Assembly (NCBI GenBank): GCA_963822945.1
Contig: CAWGJO010000012.1
Span: 1-64,000, forward strand
Source of the DNA: an uncultured Gemmatimonadaceae bacterium
GTDB lineage: Bacteria; Gemmatimonadota; Gemmatimonadetes; Gemmatimonadales; Gemmatimonadaceae
Direction: 5' to 3'
Length of the DNA: 64,000 bases
Every line of letters starts with the position of its first letter. Position 1 is the stretch's first letter. Shown one piece after another: positions 22,248 through 32,148 of this stretch. Under the pieces are notes generated by a model, which saw nothing but the letters and a program-made list of their open reading frames with translations, did no database searches and was not told where the DNA came from. Both the position numbers and the translations under genes were made by a program.

Positions 22248-22275
22248 AAAAAAATGTGGGGAGCATCCCCCACAT
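22248..22275 (-). terminator. terminator-like hairpin in the rimP leader (attenuator)
   Basis: ATGTGGGG-GATGCT-CCCCACAT followed by a T run, between the promoter and the rimP start. Confidence 0.75.
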
Positions 22276-22305
22276 GGCGCGCGGCATTCGCCGTGCATGA
22301 GCGTG

Positions 22306-22334
22306 AAGCTACAGGGTCGTCGCTAGTGAGTCAA
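22306..22334 (-). promoter_or_regulatory. promoter of the rimP-nusA-infB operon
   Basis: TTGACT-N17-TAGCTT. Confidence 0.75.
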
Positions 22335-23056
22335 GCGAACTCGCGCGGCGATGCAGCCATCACAGAAATCTGACGACCGGCGTCGCCGGCCCGGTGCGAG
22401 AAGTAGCGATCGTTGTCGCACCGCGTGCAGTGGGCGGCGACCGTGATGCGCCGGACGCCCCGCTCGCGCGCGTGGCGGGCAATGAGCGAACGCAGATCGA
22501 CCGGAGTGGGGCGATCCACCGCCCGTCCGGTAAGCCGCCCATAGACGTCCGGACTCACCTCGTAGCACCGTCCGCAGATGGCGGGGCCCAAGTGCATCGT
22601 CAGTTCCGCCGCGGCGCAGCCCAGATCCGCAAGCGCGTCGATCCCGGCATCCACGATCCGCGCCTCCGTCCCCCGCCACCCGGAGTGCAGCAGTGCCATC
22701 GCCCCGGAGGGGTGGGCCAGAAACACCGGCACGCAGTCAGCCACCGTGACGGCGAGCGCCGTCGCCGCCCCGGCCCGGCACGCATGTCCGTCCGCCGCCG
22801 GCCCCCGAAGCCATCCGCGCCAATCCGATCCGTGGGTGAGCACGCGAGCGCCGTGCACCTGGGACGCCGTGGCGAGGCGCGGGATCTCCGCCGCCTCCAG
22901 GTGCGTCGTGACCAGGCGCCACCGCCCCATCACGTCGCGAACCGGCTCTTCGCCGGCCAGCCCGAGGCTCCCGAACGCGCGCGTGGTGGTATAGGCGAGG
23001 AACCCCAGCGCGACCAGTTCGGGCACCACGTCCACCCCGTCGGGCGCGGCGATCAC
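22331..23056 (-). CDS. pgeF: PgeF/YfiH family protein
   Basis: QVHG, ADCVPV, HSGWRG, GPAICGRCYEV and FSHR motifs; GTG start coupled to the murA stop. Confidence 0.88.
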   Translation of the reverse strand: MIAAPDGVDVVPELVALGFLAYTTTRAFGSLGLAGEEPVRDVMGRWRLVTTHLEAAEIPRLATASQVHGARVLTHGSDWRGWLRGPAADGHACRAGAATALAVTVADCVPVFLAHPSGAMALLHSGWRGTEARIVDAGIDALADLGCAAAELTMHLGPAICGRCYEVSPDVYGRLTGRAVDRPTPVDLRSLIARHARERGVRRITVAAHCTRCDNDRYFSHRAGDAGRQISVMAASPREFA

Positions 23057-24348
23057 TCCCCGCGAACCTCCACGCGCTCGATGTCGGCGCCCAGCGCCCG
23101 CAACCGTTCGTCGATGCGCTCGTACCCCCGCTCGATCTGCTGCACGTTGTGGATGGTGCTCCGCCCCGGCGCGGCCAGCGCCGCCAGGAGCATGGCCATG
23201 CCGGCGCGGATGTCCGGCGAATCGACGTTGCCGGCGTGCAGGGGCGACGGACCGATGACCAGCGCGCGGTGCGGATCGCACAAGACGATGCGCGCCCCCA
23301 TGCTGGCCAGTTTGTCGACGAAGAACATGCGGGACTCGAACATCTTCTCGTGCATCAGGATCACGCCCTGGCACTGCGTGGCGGTCACGATCGCAATCGA
23401 CATCAGATCGGCCGGGAACGCCGGCCAGGGTTGGTCCTCGAGCTTGGGCACGTGCCCGCCGAGATCGGCCTGGATGATCCGAGGTTGATCCGCCGGCACG
23501 AGCAGGTCGGCGCCTTCCACCTGGCAGACGACCCCCAGGCGCTCGAATCCCATGCGCGTCGACCGGAGGTGCTCGACGCCGGCGCGCTCGATTCGCAATG
23601 CGGAGTTGGTCACCGCGGCGAGCCCGATGAACGACCCGACCTCGATGTGGTCGGGCCCGATCTCATGGGACGCGGCCCCGAACGTGTGACCGCCCTCGAT
23701 GGTGAGCGTATTGGTGCCGATGCCCTCGATGGTGGCGCCGAGCGCCACCAGGAACCGCGCCAGATCCTGGACGTGCGGCTCGCTGGCCGCGTTGCGCAGA
23801 ACGGTGGTGCCGCGGGCCGCGGCAGCCGCCATGAGGGCGTTCTCCGTGGCCGTCACACTCGGTTCGTCCAGGAAGACGTCGGCACCGACGAACCCGTTGG
23901 TGCGGAGGTCGTAGTGGTCGGAGAGCGTGAACTCGGCCCCCAGCTCGCGCAGCACGTTGAAGTGCGTGTCCAGGCGCCGGCGCCCGATCACGTCGCCTCC
24001 CGGCGGGGGCAGCGTCACCGAGCCGGCGCGAACGAGCAGGGGCGCCGCCAGCAGAATCGACGCGCGGATGCGCGCACACAGCACCGGGTCGAGTCGCGTC
24101 GCCTCCACCGTCCGCGCGTGGACGTGCAGCTCGTTCCGGCCGGCCCATTGGGCGGACGCCCCCACCGACCGCAGCAGCTCGACGAGCGCTTCGACGTCGC
24201 GAATCCGCGGTACATTGGTGAGGGTCACCGGCTGGTCGGTGAGCAGGGTTGCGGCGACGATGGGCAGCGCCGCGTTCTTGTTGCCCGCCGGCCGGACGGT
24301 ACCGGAAAGCGGGTTCCCCCCGTGGACGATGAACTGCAGAGCGCTCAT
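23053..24348 (-). CDS. murA: UDP-N-acetylglucosamine 1-carboxyvinyltransferase (Asp-type active site)
   Basis: GNKNAALP, RASI, PGGDVIGRR, SVTATEN, DIRAG and RGYE motifs. Confidence 0.96.
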   Translation of the reverse strand: MSALQFIVHGGNPLSGTVRPAGNKNAALPIVAATLLTDQPVTLTNVPRIRDVEALVELLRSVGASAQWAGRNELHVHARTVEATRLDPVLCARIRASILLAAPLLVRAGSVTLPPPGGDVIGRRRLDTHFNVLRELGAEFTLSDHYDLRTNGFVGADVFLDEPSVTATENALMAAAAARGTTVLRNAASEPHVQDLARFLVALGATIEGIGTNTLTIEGGHTFGAASHEIGPDHIEVGSFIGLAAVTNSALRIERAGVEHLRSTRMGFERLGVVCQVEGADLLVPADQPRIIQADLGGHVPKLEDQPWPAFPADLMSIAIVTATQCQGVILMHEKMFESRMFFVDKLASMGARIVLCDPHRALVIGPSPLHAGNVDSPDIRAGMAMLLAALAAPGRSTIHNVQQIERGYERIDERLRALGADIERVEVRGE

Positions 24349-24446
24349 GACGCGAATGGATGACGTAGCCGGCGAAAAAACTCAGGGAAACGCGATGGCG
24401 AAGAATGCCCGGTACACGGATGGTGCGTCAAGCGCTCGTAACTCGC

Positions 24447-24476
24447 TTGACACCACGGTGTATATCTGCGTACGAT
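24447..24476 (+). promoter_or_regulatory. putative promoter of the 24490 operon
   Basis: TTGACA-N18-TACGAT. Confidence 0.6.
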
Positions 24477-24489
24477 CTTTGCACCACCC

Positions 24490-25155
24490 ATGATGCTGGC
24501 TTCGATGGTGCGCGGAAGCGCGTGGATCTTGCAGGCCGTCGCGACGCTACCCGACACGGTCTTTACGCGGCAGATCGTCGAGCGCGGGTGGTTCGACCAG
24601 TTGACGCATGTGGCCACCGGTGTGCTGGCCATTCTGCTCCTGTTGCTCGTCCTCCTGGCCTTTCCGCTGGCCTGGTACATCCGCGGCCGGCTCAAGCAGC
24701 TCACCGCGGTCATCGACGGGCTCCGTCACGATTTCGGCCCCGTCGTGGAGCGCACCCGCGGGGTGATGCAGAACGCCGAGGAGATCTCGGCCACGGTGCG
24801 CCGTGACGTCGAACGGTTGAGTGAGACCGTGGAGCAGTTCGACGGACAGTTGCGCGAAATCGCCGACATCGCGGGCGACCGGGTGCGCGACTTCGACGCG
24901 CTGCTGGGCGCCGTCCAGGAGGAGGCCGAGGATCTGTTTCTCACCACGGCATCGGCGGCCCGGGGGATCCGGGCCGGCGTGCGGGCGCTTCGCCGACACC
25001 GGTCGCGGCGCGACCAGCGAGCGGAACGGCTGGCGGAACGCGCGGCGTCCGAGGACGTCGATGACGAGGACGACGCCCCGGTGCCGGCCCCCGAGGGGGA
25101 CGACGATTCCCGCGAGCGGGTCCCACGACTGCGCCGTCGGCGGCGCGCCACATGA
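24490..25155 (+). CDS. membrane-anchored coiled-coil protein (DUF948-like)
   Basis: One TM helix, then heptad-like helices and a mixed acidic/basic tail. Confidence 0.6.
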   Translation: MMLASMVRGSAWILQAVATLPDTVFTRQIVERGWFDQLTHVATGVLAILLLLLVLLAFPLAWYIRGRLKQLTAVIDGLRHDFGPVVERTRGVMQNAEEISATVRRDVERLSETVEQFDGQLREIADIAGDRVRDFDALLGAVQEEAEDLFLTTASAARGIRAGVRALRRHRSRRDQRAERLAERAASEDVDDEDDAPVPAPEGDDDSRERVPRLRRRRRAT

Positions 25156-26081
25156 CCGGAAGTCGGATCGCGGCGATGCTGGGGATCGCCGCTTTTCTTT
25201 TGATCGCGCTCCCGCACGCTGCCTACGCGTGGACGCCGGGAACGCACGTGTTCCTGGGCGACGCGGTGCTGCGCTCCGCCCAGTTGCTGCCGACGGCGAT
25301 CGCCGATCTGCTGCGGGCATTTCCCTACGATTTCCTGTACGGCTCCATTGCCGCCGACACGAGCATCGCGAAGAAGTACGCCCCCGTCGGCCGCCACTGC
25401 CATTCGTGGGACGTGGGATTCGACATCCACGAAGCGGCCTCCGACGAGCCGCTCCGCGCCTTCGCGCTGGGCTACCTCGCACATCTGGCCGCCGACTCGG
25501 TGGCGCACAACTACTTCGTGCCGATGCAGCTCACCGTGACGTCATCCACGTCGTCCATCGGACACAGCTACTGGGAGAGCCGGTTCGAAACGCACCTCGG
25601 CGAGCGGTACAGCCGGCGGGCCCGCGATCTGATCCTGCTCGACCACGCGACCTCGGACGCGCTGCTGGACGGCATCCTGAGCCCCACCCTGTTCAGCACG
25701 CAGACCAACCGGCGGATCTTTCGCGGCATGGTGCACGTGGCCGATTCGGAGTCCTGGCAGCGGATCTTCCAGCTGATGGCCGAGAAGAGCCGGTGGGACC
25801 TGCAGGACTCCGACGTCTCGGCGTACCTGGAGCGCTCGTTCGACTTCATCATCGACCTGATGAACCGGCTCGACCATTCGGAACCCTACCAGCACGACCC
25901 GTCGGGTGACGAGCGTCTGCGGCGCGCGAAGCGGGTGCGCCGGCAGGCGCTCCGGATCGGCGGCGAAGATGCGGTGCGCGAACATGCCGTGGAGCACTTC
26001 GGCATGCCCGCGCCGAGCCTCCCCTTCGCGCGCTCCCTCGTGGCGCCGGTCTACGACCCGAGTCGCTTGGCGAGCAACTGA
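25152..26081 (+). CDS. zinc-dependent phospholipase C / S1-P1-like family protein
   Basis: Signal peptide AYA|W, N-terminal WxxxTH, GSIAAD, GYLAHLAADSVAH and HSYWE motifs. Confidence 0.82.
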   Translation: MTGSRIAAMLGIAAFLLIALPHAAYAWTPGTHVFLGDAVLRSAQLLPTAIADLLRAFPYDFLYGSIAADTSIAKKYAPVGRHCHSWDVGFDIHEAASDEPLRAFALGYLAHLAADSVAHNYFVPMQLTVTSSTSSIGHSYWESRFETHLGERYSRRARDLILLDHATSDALLDGILSPTLFSTQTNRRIFRGMVHVADSESWQRIFQLMAEKSRWDLQDSDVSAYLERSFDFIIDLMNRLDHSEPYQHDPSGDERLRRAKRVRRQALRIGGEDAVREHAVEHFGMPAPSLPFARSLVAPVYDPSRLASN

Positions 26082-27499
26082 GCCACCCGCTTCGGGTCGG
26101 CGCTGCCCTTGGACCGCTTCATCACGGCACCGATCAGCACCCCCTGGAGCTTCTTCTCCCCGTTGCGGAACCGTTCCGCTTCGGCGGGCATCGCATCGAT
26201 GACCTCGCCGATCCAGGCGTCGAGGGCGCTCTCGTCCGAGACCTGCACCAGCCCCTCGCGCTTGGCGATGTCGGCCGGCTCCCCCCCGTCGGTGCACATG
26301 AGGCCGAAGATCTGCTTGCCGGCGGTGTGGCTCACCACGCCGTCGCGCACGAGGGTGAGCAGCGCGGCCAGATCCGTCGGCCCCACCGGGAAGTCGGCGA
26401 TGTCCTGGCCGCTCGTCTTCAGCGCCGCCAGCACCTCGCCCATCACCCAGTTGGCGGTCGCCTTCGGATCGCCGGTGGCACTCGCCGCCCGCTCGAAGTA
26501 GTCGGCCACCCGCGGGTTGGCCGTGAGCACCTCGATATCGTACTCCCCGAGCCCGAACGCCGACGCATAACGGGCCCGCCGCGCCGCCGGCAACTCCGGC
26601 AGCGCGTCGCGAATGCCCGCCACGAACGCCGGTTCGAGATGCAGCGGCGGCAGGTCGGGTTCGGGGAAGTACCGATAATCGTGGCTTCCCTCCTTCGACC
26701 GCGCCGGCCGCACTTCCTCGGCGGCGCCGTCCCAGAGCATCGTCTGCTGTTCGACCACGCCACCGGCGTCCACCAGCGCGCACTGCCGCAGGAACTCGGC
26801 CGCCAACGCGCGCTCGACCCCGGAGAACGAGTTCATGTTCTTGACTTCGGTCTTGGTGCCGAGGGTCGTGGCGCCGTGGGGACGCACGCTGATGTTCGCG
26901 TCCACCCGCAACGAACCCTCCTCCATGCTCACGTCGCTGACGTCCGCGTATTCGAGAATCTGCTTGAGCGCGCGCAGGTAGGCGCCGGCGTCGGCGGCCG
27001 ACCGCATGTCGGGCTCACTCACGATCTCGACCAGAGGCACGCCCGACCGGTTGAGATCGATGGCGGTGCCGCCGGCGAAGCGGTCGTGAACGGACTTGCC
27101 GGCATCCTCCTCCATATGGAGGCGCGTGATGCCCACGACGCGTCCGCCCGCGTCCACCGCGCCGCCGGTGGCCAGCGGCTTGTCGAACTGCGAGATCTGG
27201 TAGCCCTTGGGCAGGTCCGGATAGAAATAGTTCTTGCGCGCGAACACCGACGTCGGGTGCACGGTGCACCCGAGAGCCAGCGCCGCCCGCACGGCGAGTT
27301 CCACCGCACGCGCATTGAGCACCGGCAGCGCGCCGGGCAGCGCCAGGCAGACCGGGCAGACGTTGGTATTGGGCGGCGCGCCGAAGGCGCTGGAGCAGGA
27401 ACAGAACGCCTTGGTGGCGGTCTTCAACTGCACGTGCACCTCGAGCCCGACCACCATTTCATAGCGTTCGGCATACGCCGCGAAGGCCGCGTCGCTCAT
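26051..27499 (-). CDS. gatB: Asp/Glu-tRNA amidotransferase subunit B
   Basis: [33 protein letters not shown] and YRYFPEPDL motifs. Confidence 0.98.
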   Translation of the reverse strand: MSDAAFAAYAERYEMVVGLEVHVQLKTATKAFCSCSSAFGAPPNTNVCPVCLALPGALPVLNARAVELAVRAALALGCTVHPTSVFARKNYFYPDLPKGYQISQFDKPLATGGAVDAGGRVVGITRLHMEEDAGKSVHDRFAGGTAIDLNRSGVPLVEIVSEPDMRSAADAGAYLRALKQILEYADVSDVSMEEGSLRVDANISVRPHGATTLGTKTEVKNMNSFSGVERALAAEFLRQCALVDAGGVVEQQTMLWDGAAEEVRPARSKEGSHDYRYFPEPDLPPLHLEPAFVAGIRDALPELPAARRARYASAFGLGEYDIEVLTANPRVADYFERAASATGDPKATANWVMGEVLAALKTSGQDIADFPVGPTDLAALLTLVRDGVVSHTAGKQIFGLMCTDGGEPADIAKREGLVQVSDESALDAWIGEVIDAMPAEAERFRNGEKKLQGVLIGAVMKRSKGSADPKRVAQLLAKRLGS

Positions 27500-28875
27500 C
27501 GATGCGCCTCCTCGCCCAGGGCGCGTTCCAGTGCGTACGCGGCGCTGAACATGCGGGCCTCGTCGAAGTGGGGCGCGATGAACTGCCCGCCCACCGGCAG
27601 CCCGTCGACGCGACCGATGGGCTGCGACATCGCCGGCACGCCTGCCAGATTCGCGGTCGCCGTGAAGATGTCGTTCAGGTACATCTCGTACGGATCGGTG
27701 GTGGCGCCGATGCGGAACGCCGGCCGCGGCGTGGTCGGCGTGAACAGCACGTGCACGCCGTCGGCGAACACGCGCTCGAAGTCGCGCGTGATCAGTCGCC
27801 GGACCTGCTGCGCCTTCCGGTAGTACGCGTCGTAGTAGCCAGCCGAGAGCACGTACGTTCCGAGCATGATCCGGCGGGTCACCTCGGCCCCGAAGCCGCC
27901 GGACCGCGTGGCTTCGTACATCCCGCGCAACCCGTCGCCGTCCAACCGCAGCCCGTACCGCACGCCGTCGAATCGGGCGAGGTTGGACGAGGCTTCGGCC
28001 GGCGCGACGATGTAGTAGACGGGGATGGCGAGGGCGGTGTGCGGCAGCGAGACCTCGCGGACCTCCGCCCCCTGCTCCTCGAGCAACGCCAGCGCACGGT
28101 CGCAGTGATCACGGACCCGCGGATCGAGATCGTCGGGGAAGTACTCCCGGGGCTTGCCGACCACGACGCCCTGCAGCGAGCCGGCCGACGCGGCGCGGTA
28201 GTCCGGCACCGGCCGATCGACAGAGGTTGCGTCGTGCGGGTCGTGCCCGGCGATGACGCCGAGCAATCCGGCCGCGTCATCGACCGACGCGCCGAACGTT
28301 CCCACCTGGTCAAGGGACGATGCGAAGGCGACGAGCCCGTACCGGCTCACCCGTCCGTACGTAGGCTTCACACCGACCACCCCGCACAGTGCCGCCGGCT
28401 GGCGCACCGACCCGCCCGTCTCGGAACCGAGGGCCATGCGGACGATGCCCGCGGCGACGGCCGCCGCCGACCCGCCGGAGGATCCGCCGGGCACGCGGTC
28501 GGGGGCGTGCGGATTGCGCGTCGGGCCGTAGACGCTGTGCTCGGTGGACGACCCCATCGCGAACTCGTCCATGTTGGTCTTGCCGAACACGACTCCGCCC
28601 GCCGCGCGCAGCCGACGGATCACGGTCGCCTCGTACGGGCTCACGTACCCGCGAAGGATGCGGGAGCCGCAGGTGGTGGGCAGCGTCCGCGTTGCGAGGT
28701 TGTCCTTGACGGCCACCGGCGTGCCCGCCAGCGGGCCGTCGGGTGCCTGATTGGCCTGCTCCGTGGCATCGGCGTCGTCGCGCCACGCAAAGATGTTGAG
28801 CCCGTCCCGGCCGGCATTCACGGCATCGGCGCGGCGGGCCGAGGCAGCGACCGCCTCGCGCGCGGCGGCGCTCAC
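27496..28875 (-). CDS. gatA: Asp/Glu-tRNA amidotransferase subunit A
   Basis: [36 protein letters not shown] and SSNLARFDG motifs; GTG start inferred. Confidence 0.96.
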   Translation of the reverse strand: MSAAAREAVAASARRADAVNAGRDGLNIFAWRDDADATEQANQAPDGPLAGTPVAVKDNLATRTLPTTCGSRILRGYVSPYEATVIRRLRAAGGVVFGKTNMDEFAMGSSTEHSVYGPTRNPHAPDRVPGGSSGGSAAAVAAGIVRMALGSETGGSVRQPAALCGVVGVKPTYGRVSRYGLVAFASSLDQVGTFGASVDDAAGLLGVIAGHDPHDATSVDRPVPDYRAASAGSLQGVVVGKPREYFPDDLDPRVRDHCDRALALLEEQGAEVREVSLPHTALAIPVYYIVAPAEASSNLARFDGVRYGLRLDGDGLRGMYEATRSGGFGAEVTRRIMLGTYVLSAGYYDAYYRKAQQVRRLITRDFERVFADGVHVLFTPTTPRPAFRIGATTDPYEMYLNDIFTATANLAGVPAMSQPIGRVDGLPVGGQFIAPHFDEARMFSAAYALERALGEEAHR

Positions 28876-29177
28876 GACTCCTCCTCCGTTTCGTGCGTCG
28901 CCAGGCGCGGCACGAGCAGGAACCCATCCTTCATCGACGGTGCGAACGCGTCCGGACCGTGGGCCAGGGCGTCGGGTGGCGGGGTGTCGGCGCGCAGGGG
29001 CATGCCGGGAAGATCCTCTTCGACGGCGGACACCGCCGTCGTATCGACCTTCGCCAGCTCGTCCATGTGGCCGAGGATCGTGTTCAATTCGGCCGTCAGG
29101 GCCCGGGCGCGCTCGTCGGTGAGTCCGAGGCGCGCCAGCGACGCGATGTGCCGCACATCGTCGAGAGAGACCGCCAC
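28872..29177 (-). CDS. gatC: Asp/Glu-tRNA amidotransferase subunit C
   Basis: [10 protein letters not shown]...LRAD...FLLVP at the end of ORF 28872..31238; GTG start at 29177. Confidence 0.9.
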   Translation of the reverse strand: MAVSLDDVRHIASLARLGLTDERARALTAELNTILGHMDELAKVDTTAVSAVEEDLPGMPLRADTPPPDALAHGPDAFAPSMKDGFLLVPRLATHETEEES

Positions 29178-31501
29178 TAGTCGATTCCGCGTTCGAGGTT
29201 CGCCTGCGCGACGACGAGGGTCTTGCGACCGATGGTCTCGTCGTCGAAATCCACGCGCACTTTCGTCTGGAGCCCCGCGCCGGTGATCTCCGCGATCGTG
29301 CCGCTCCCGAATTTCCGGTGCGAGACGCGCGCGCCCACGGCGATGGTCGCGGCATCCTGCGACTCGTCCTCGGGGGCGGCGTACGATCCGAGGGGGCGCC
29401 CCGGGCGTCGCGCCGCCGCCGACGCTGGGAAGATATCGTCGTCGAAGATCAGCGACGAGCCTCCCCCCCAGCCGCCAACGCCACCACGGTCCCGCCGCCC
29501 CTCGAGGCCGGCCATCACACCCCGCCCGCTGCTCCGCACGCGAATCGTCTGTTGCTGGTCGAGCATGCGGTCCGGGATGGCCGCGAGAAAGCTCGACGGC
29601 CGCGAGGGCGTGAATTCTCCATTGCGTCGCCGTGACTCGGCGTGGAGGAGATACAACCGTCGCTCCGCGCGCGTGATGCCGACGTAGAGCAGCCGGCGCT
29701 CCTCTTCCAGCATCGCCGGATCGTCGTAGGCGCGGGCCAACGGGAAGAGACCGTCCTCCAGTCCGGCGATGAACACCACCGGGAACTCGAGTCCCTTCGC
29801 ATTGTGCAGCGTCATCAGGGTCACCGCATCCGCGTCGGCGGAGAGCTTGTCCACGTCGGCCACCAGCGACGCGCGCTGCAGGAACAGGTCGAGCGGCGTG
29901 AGCCCCACCTCGCCCTCGACGTCGGCCACCGTCTCCGACGCGCCGGCGATCAGTTCGCGGACGTTGTCCAGCCGGTCGCGCGCCAGCTCCTCGCCCTCGG
30001 CCCGGAGGTACTCCGCGTACTTCGTGGCGTCGACGAGATCGCGCAACAGTTCGTCCACCGCCGATTCGCGGGCCTGCTCTCGGAACCGGGAAATCAGCGC
30101 CGTGAATTCGGTGAGCGCCGTGCGGGTGGCGGGACGGATGCCGTCCAGGCACTCCTCTCGGGCAACGGCCTCGCACATCGGCAGGCCGGCGGCGCGGGCG
30201 CGTTCGGCGAGCAATTCGATGGTCGCGTCCCCCACCCCGCGGCGCGGCACGGCCACGGCGCGCCGGAACGCCTCGTCGTCGGCCGGATTGGCCACGAGCT
30301 TGAGGTAGCTCATCATGTCGCGGATCTCGCGACGGTCGTAGAAGCGCACCGCGCCCACCAGGCGGTACGGCACGGCGTGCCGGCGCAGCGCCTCTTCCAT
30401 GGCCCGGCTCTGGGCGTTCGTGCGATACAGGACGGCGAAATCCCGGAGCTGCCACCCCGCCGCCGAGCGCTGGCGGCGGAGTTCCTCCACCAGCCAGTCG
30501 GCCTCGTCGCGCTCGTCCAGGGCGCGCAGCGTCACCACGCGATCGCCCCCGCTGCGCGTTGGGCGAAGGGTCTTCCCCATGCGCCCGGTATTGGCGGCGA
30601 TGACGACGTTCGCCAGCTCGAGGATCGGCGGCGTGGACCGGTAGTTCTCTTCCAGGCGCACGGTGTGCGCCTGCGGAAAGTCCTTCTCGAAGTCGAGGAT
30701 GTTGCGGATATCGGCGCCCCGCCAGCCGTAGATCGACTGATCGTCGTCTCCGACGACGCACACATTGCCGTGTTCCGCGCCGAGCAGCGACACCAGCCGG
30801 TACTGCGCCCGATTCGTGTCCTGGTACTCGTCCACCAACAGGTACCGGAACTTGCGGCGCAGCCGCTCCAGTTCCTCGGGATGCTGCTCCAGGATCCGCA
30901 CCGGCAGGAGCAGGAGGTCGTCGAAGTCGGCGGCGTTGGCGCGCTGCAGGGTCGGCTCGTAGTCGGCGTAGACCTGGGCGACCGCCTTGGCGAACGGATC
31001 GCGCGCCAGCGACTCGAACTCTTCGGGTGAGACGAGCGCGTTCTTGGCGTCGGAAATGGCGCCGCGTACGGCGCGCGGCGCGTACTGCTTGTGCGGGATG
31101 CCGTGGCGTTGCATGAGGCGCTTCACCACGGATTGCGCGTCGTCCTCGTCGTAGATGGTGAACGATGTCGAGCGCCCGACCAGAGCCGCCGCCCGGCGCA
31201 GCAGGCGAGCGCCCACGCTGTGAAACGTGCCGGCCCACATGCCGGACGGCTCGGCGCCGAGAAGCGCCGCGATGCGCTCGCGCATCTCGCCGGCCGCCTT
31301 GTTGGTGAACGTGACGGCGAGAATCTCGGAGGGCCGCACGCCATGCGCCTGAATCAGGCGGGCCACCCGGCGCGTGAGCACCCGTGTCTTGCCGGAGCCG
31401 GCGCCGGCGAGCACGAGGAGCGGGCCTTCATGATGGAGAACGGCTTCGCGCTGCGCGGGGTTGAGACCGTCCAGCAGCGCGTCGTCGGAAGTTCGAGACA
31501 T
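29177..31501 (-). CDS. uvrD: UvrD/PcrA ATP-dependent DNA helicase
   Basis: [42 protein letters not shown] and [13 protein letters not shown] motifs; C-terminal Tudor-like HRKFG. Confidence 0.96.
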   Translation of the reverse strand: MSRTSDDALLDGLNPAQREAVLHHEGPLLVLAGAGSGKTRVLTRRVARLIQAHGVRPSEILAVTFTNKAAGEMRERIAALLGAEPSGMWAGTFHSVGARLLRRAAALVGRSTSFTIYDEDDAQSVVKRLMQRHGIPHKQYAPRAVRGAISDAKNALVSPEEFESLARDPFAKAVAQVYADYEPTLQRANAADFDDLLLLPVRILEQHPEELERLRRKFRYLLVDEYQDTNRAQYRLVSLLGAEHGNVCVVGDDDQSIYGWRGADIRNILDFEKDFPQAHTVRLEENYRSTPPILELANVVIAANTGRMGKTLRPTRSGGDRVVTLRALDERDEADWLVEELRRQRSAAGWQLRDFAVLYRTNAQSRAMEEALRRHAVPYRLVGAVRFYDRREIRDMMSYLKLVANPADDEAFRRAVAVPRRGVGDATIELLAERARAAGLPMCEAVAREECLDGIRPATRTALTEFTALISRFREQARESAVDELLRDLVDATKYAEYLRAEGEELARDRLDNVRELIAGASETVADVEGEVGLTPLDLFLQRASLVADVDKLSADADAVTLMTLHNAKGLEFPVVFIAGLEDGLFPLARAYDDPAMLEEERRLLYVGITRAERRLYLLHAESRRRNGEFTPSRPSSFLAAIPDRMLDQQQTIRVRSSGRGVMAGLEGRRDRGGVGGWGGGSSLIFDDDIFPASAAARRPGRPLGSYAAPEDESQDAATIAVGARVSHRKFGSGTIAEITGAGLQTKVRVDFDDETIGRKTLVVAQANLERGID

Positions 31502-32148
31502 CACTCAATCATAACGTCGAATGCCGTGCCCTGGTCGACCAATCCGACGCCGAGCGTGCCGAGACGATGCACCTCGACGATCTGCCCGGCGAGCGCGACG
31601 CCGCCGGCCCCCGCGGCCGCGGAGCCGGCGGCCGCGCCGCCGGGACCGTCGTCGGCCACACGGACCCGGCAGGCGCCGCCTTTCACGCGGGCCACCGAGA
31701 GCGTGATGCGACCACCGCGTCCGGCACGTGCGTCCAGCGCACGCTGGACGAGGAGTTCGATCGCCCATTCGAGCAGCACGGCGTCGCCGGCCACGTGCGG
31801 CGATCCGACCGTCGGTTCGACGGCGATGACGAACGTGTTGGCCAGCGACGGGACGCGGGCCCGATAGTAGTCGGCCACCCGGTCGACCACGACGGCCAGA
31901 TCGACCGCCTCGTGCCGTGGTTCGGCCCCGATCCGTTCCACGCGTTGCCCCACACGCTCCACGCGGTCGAGATCGGACCGCATGTGCGCGACCATGGCAA
32001 GCAGGCCGGGGTCCCCCTGCCCGCGCTCCTCGAGCAGTTCGAGCCACCCGCCCATGCTAGACAACGGGGCGTGCAACTCGTTCGCGACCTCCCGGGCCAT
32101 GCCCGCCAACGGGCTGCCCGCGGGGGTCTCGATCGCCGCGCGGCTCAC
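31501..32148 (-). CDS. degenerate sensor-less histidine-kinase-like protein (pseudokinase)
   Basis: DHp-like GMAREVANELHAPLSS and CA-like VADDGPG, but no H-box His, N-box Asn or G2 box; GTG start coupled to the serS stop. Confidence 0.7.
   Translation of the reverse strand: MSRAAIETPAGSPLAGMAREVANELHAPLSSMGGWLELLEERGQGDPGLLAMVAHMRSDLDRVERVGQRVERIGAEPRHEAVDLAVVVDRVADYYRARVPSLANTFVIAVEPTVGSPHVAGDAVLLEWAIELLVQRALDARAGRGGRITLSVARVKGGACRVRVADDGPGGAAAGSAAAGAGGVALAGQIVEVHRLGTLGVGLVDQGTAFDVMIE

Noticed and set aside
28872..31238. 788-aa ORF suggesting a large GatC fusion
   Set aside because: An alternative frame of uvrD that happens to run into gatC; the real start is GTG 29177
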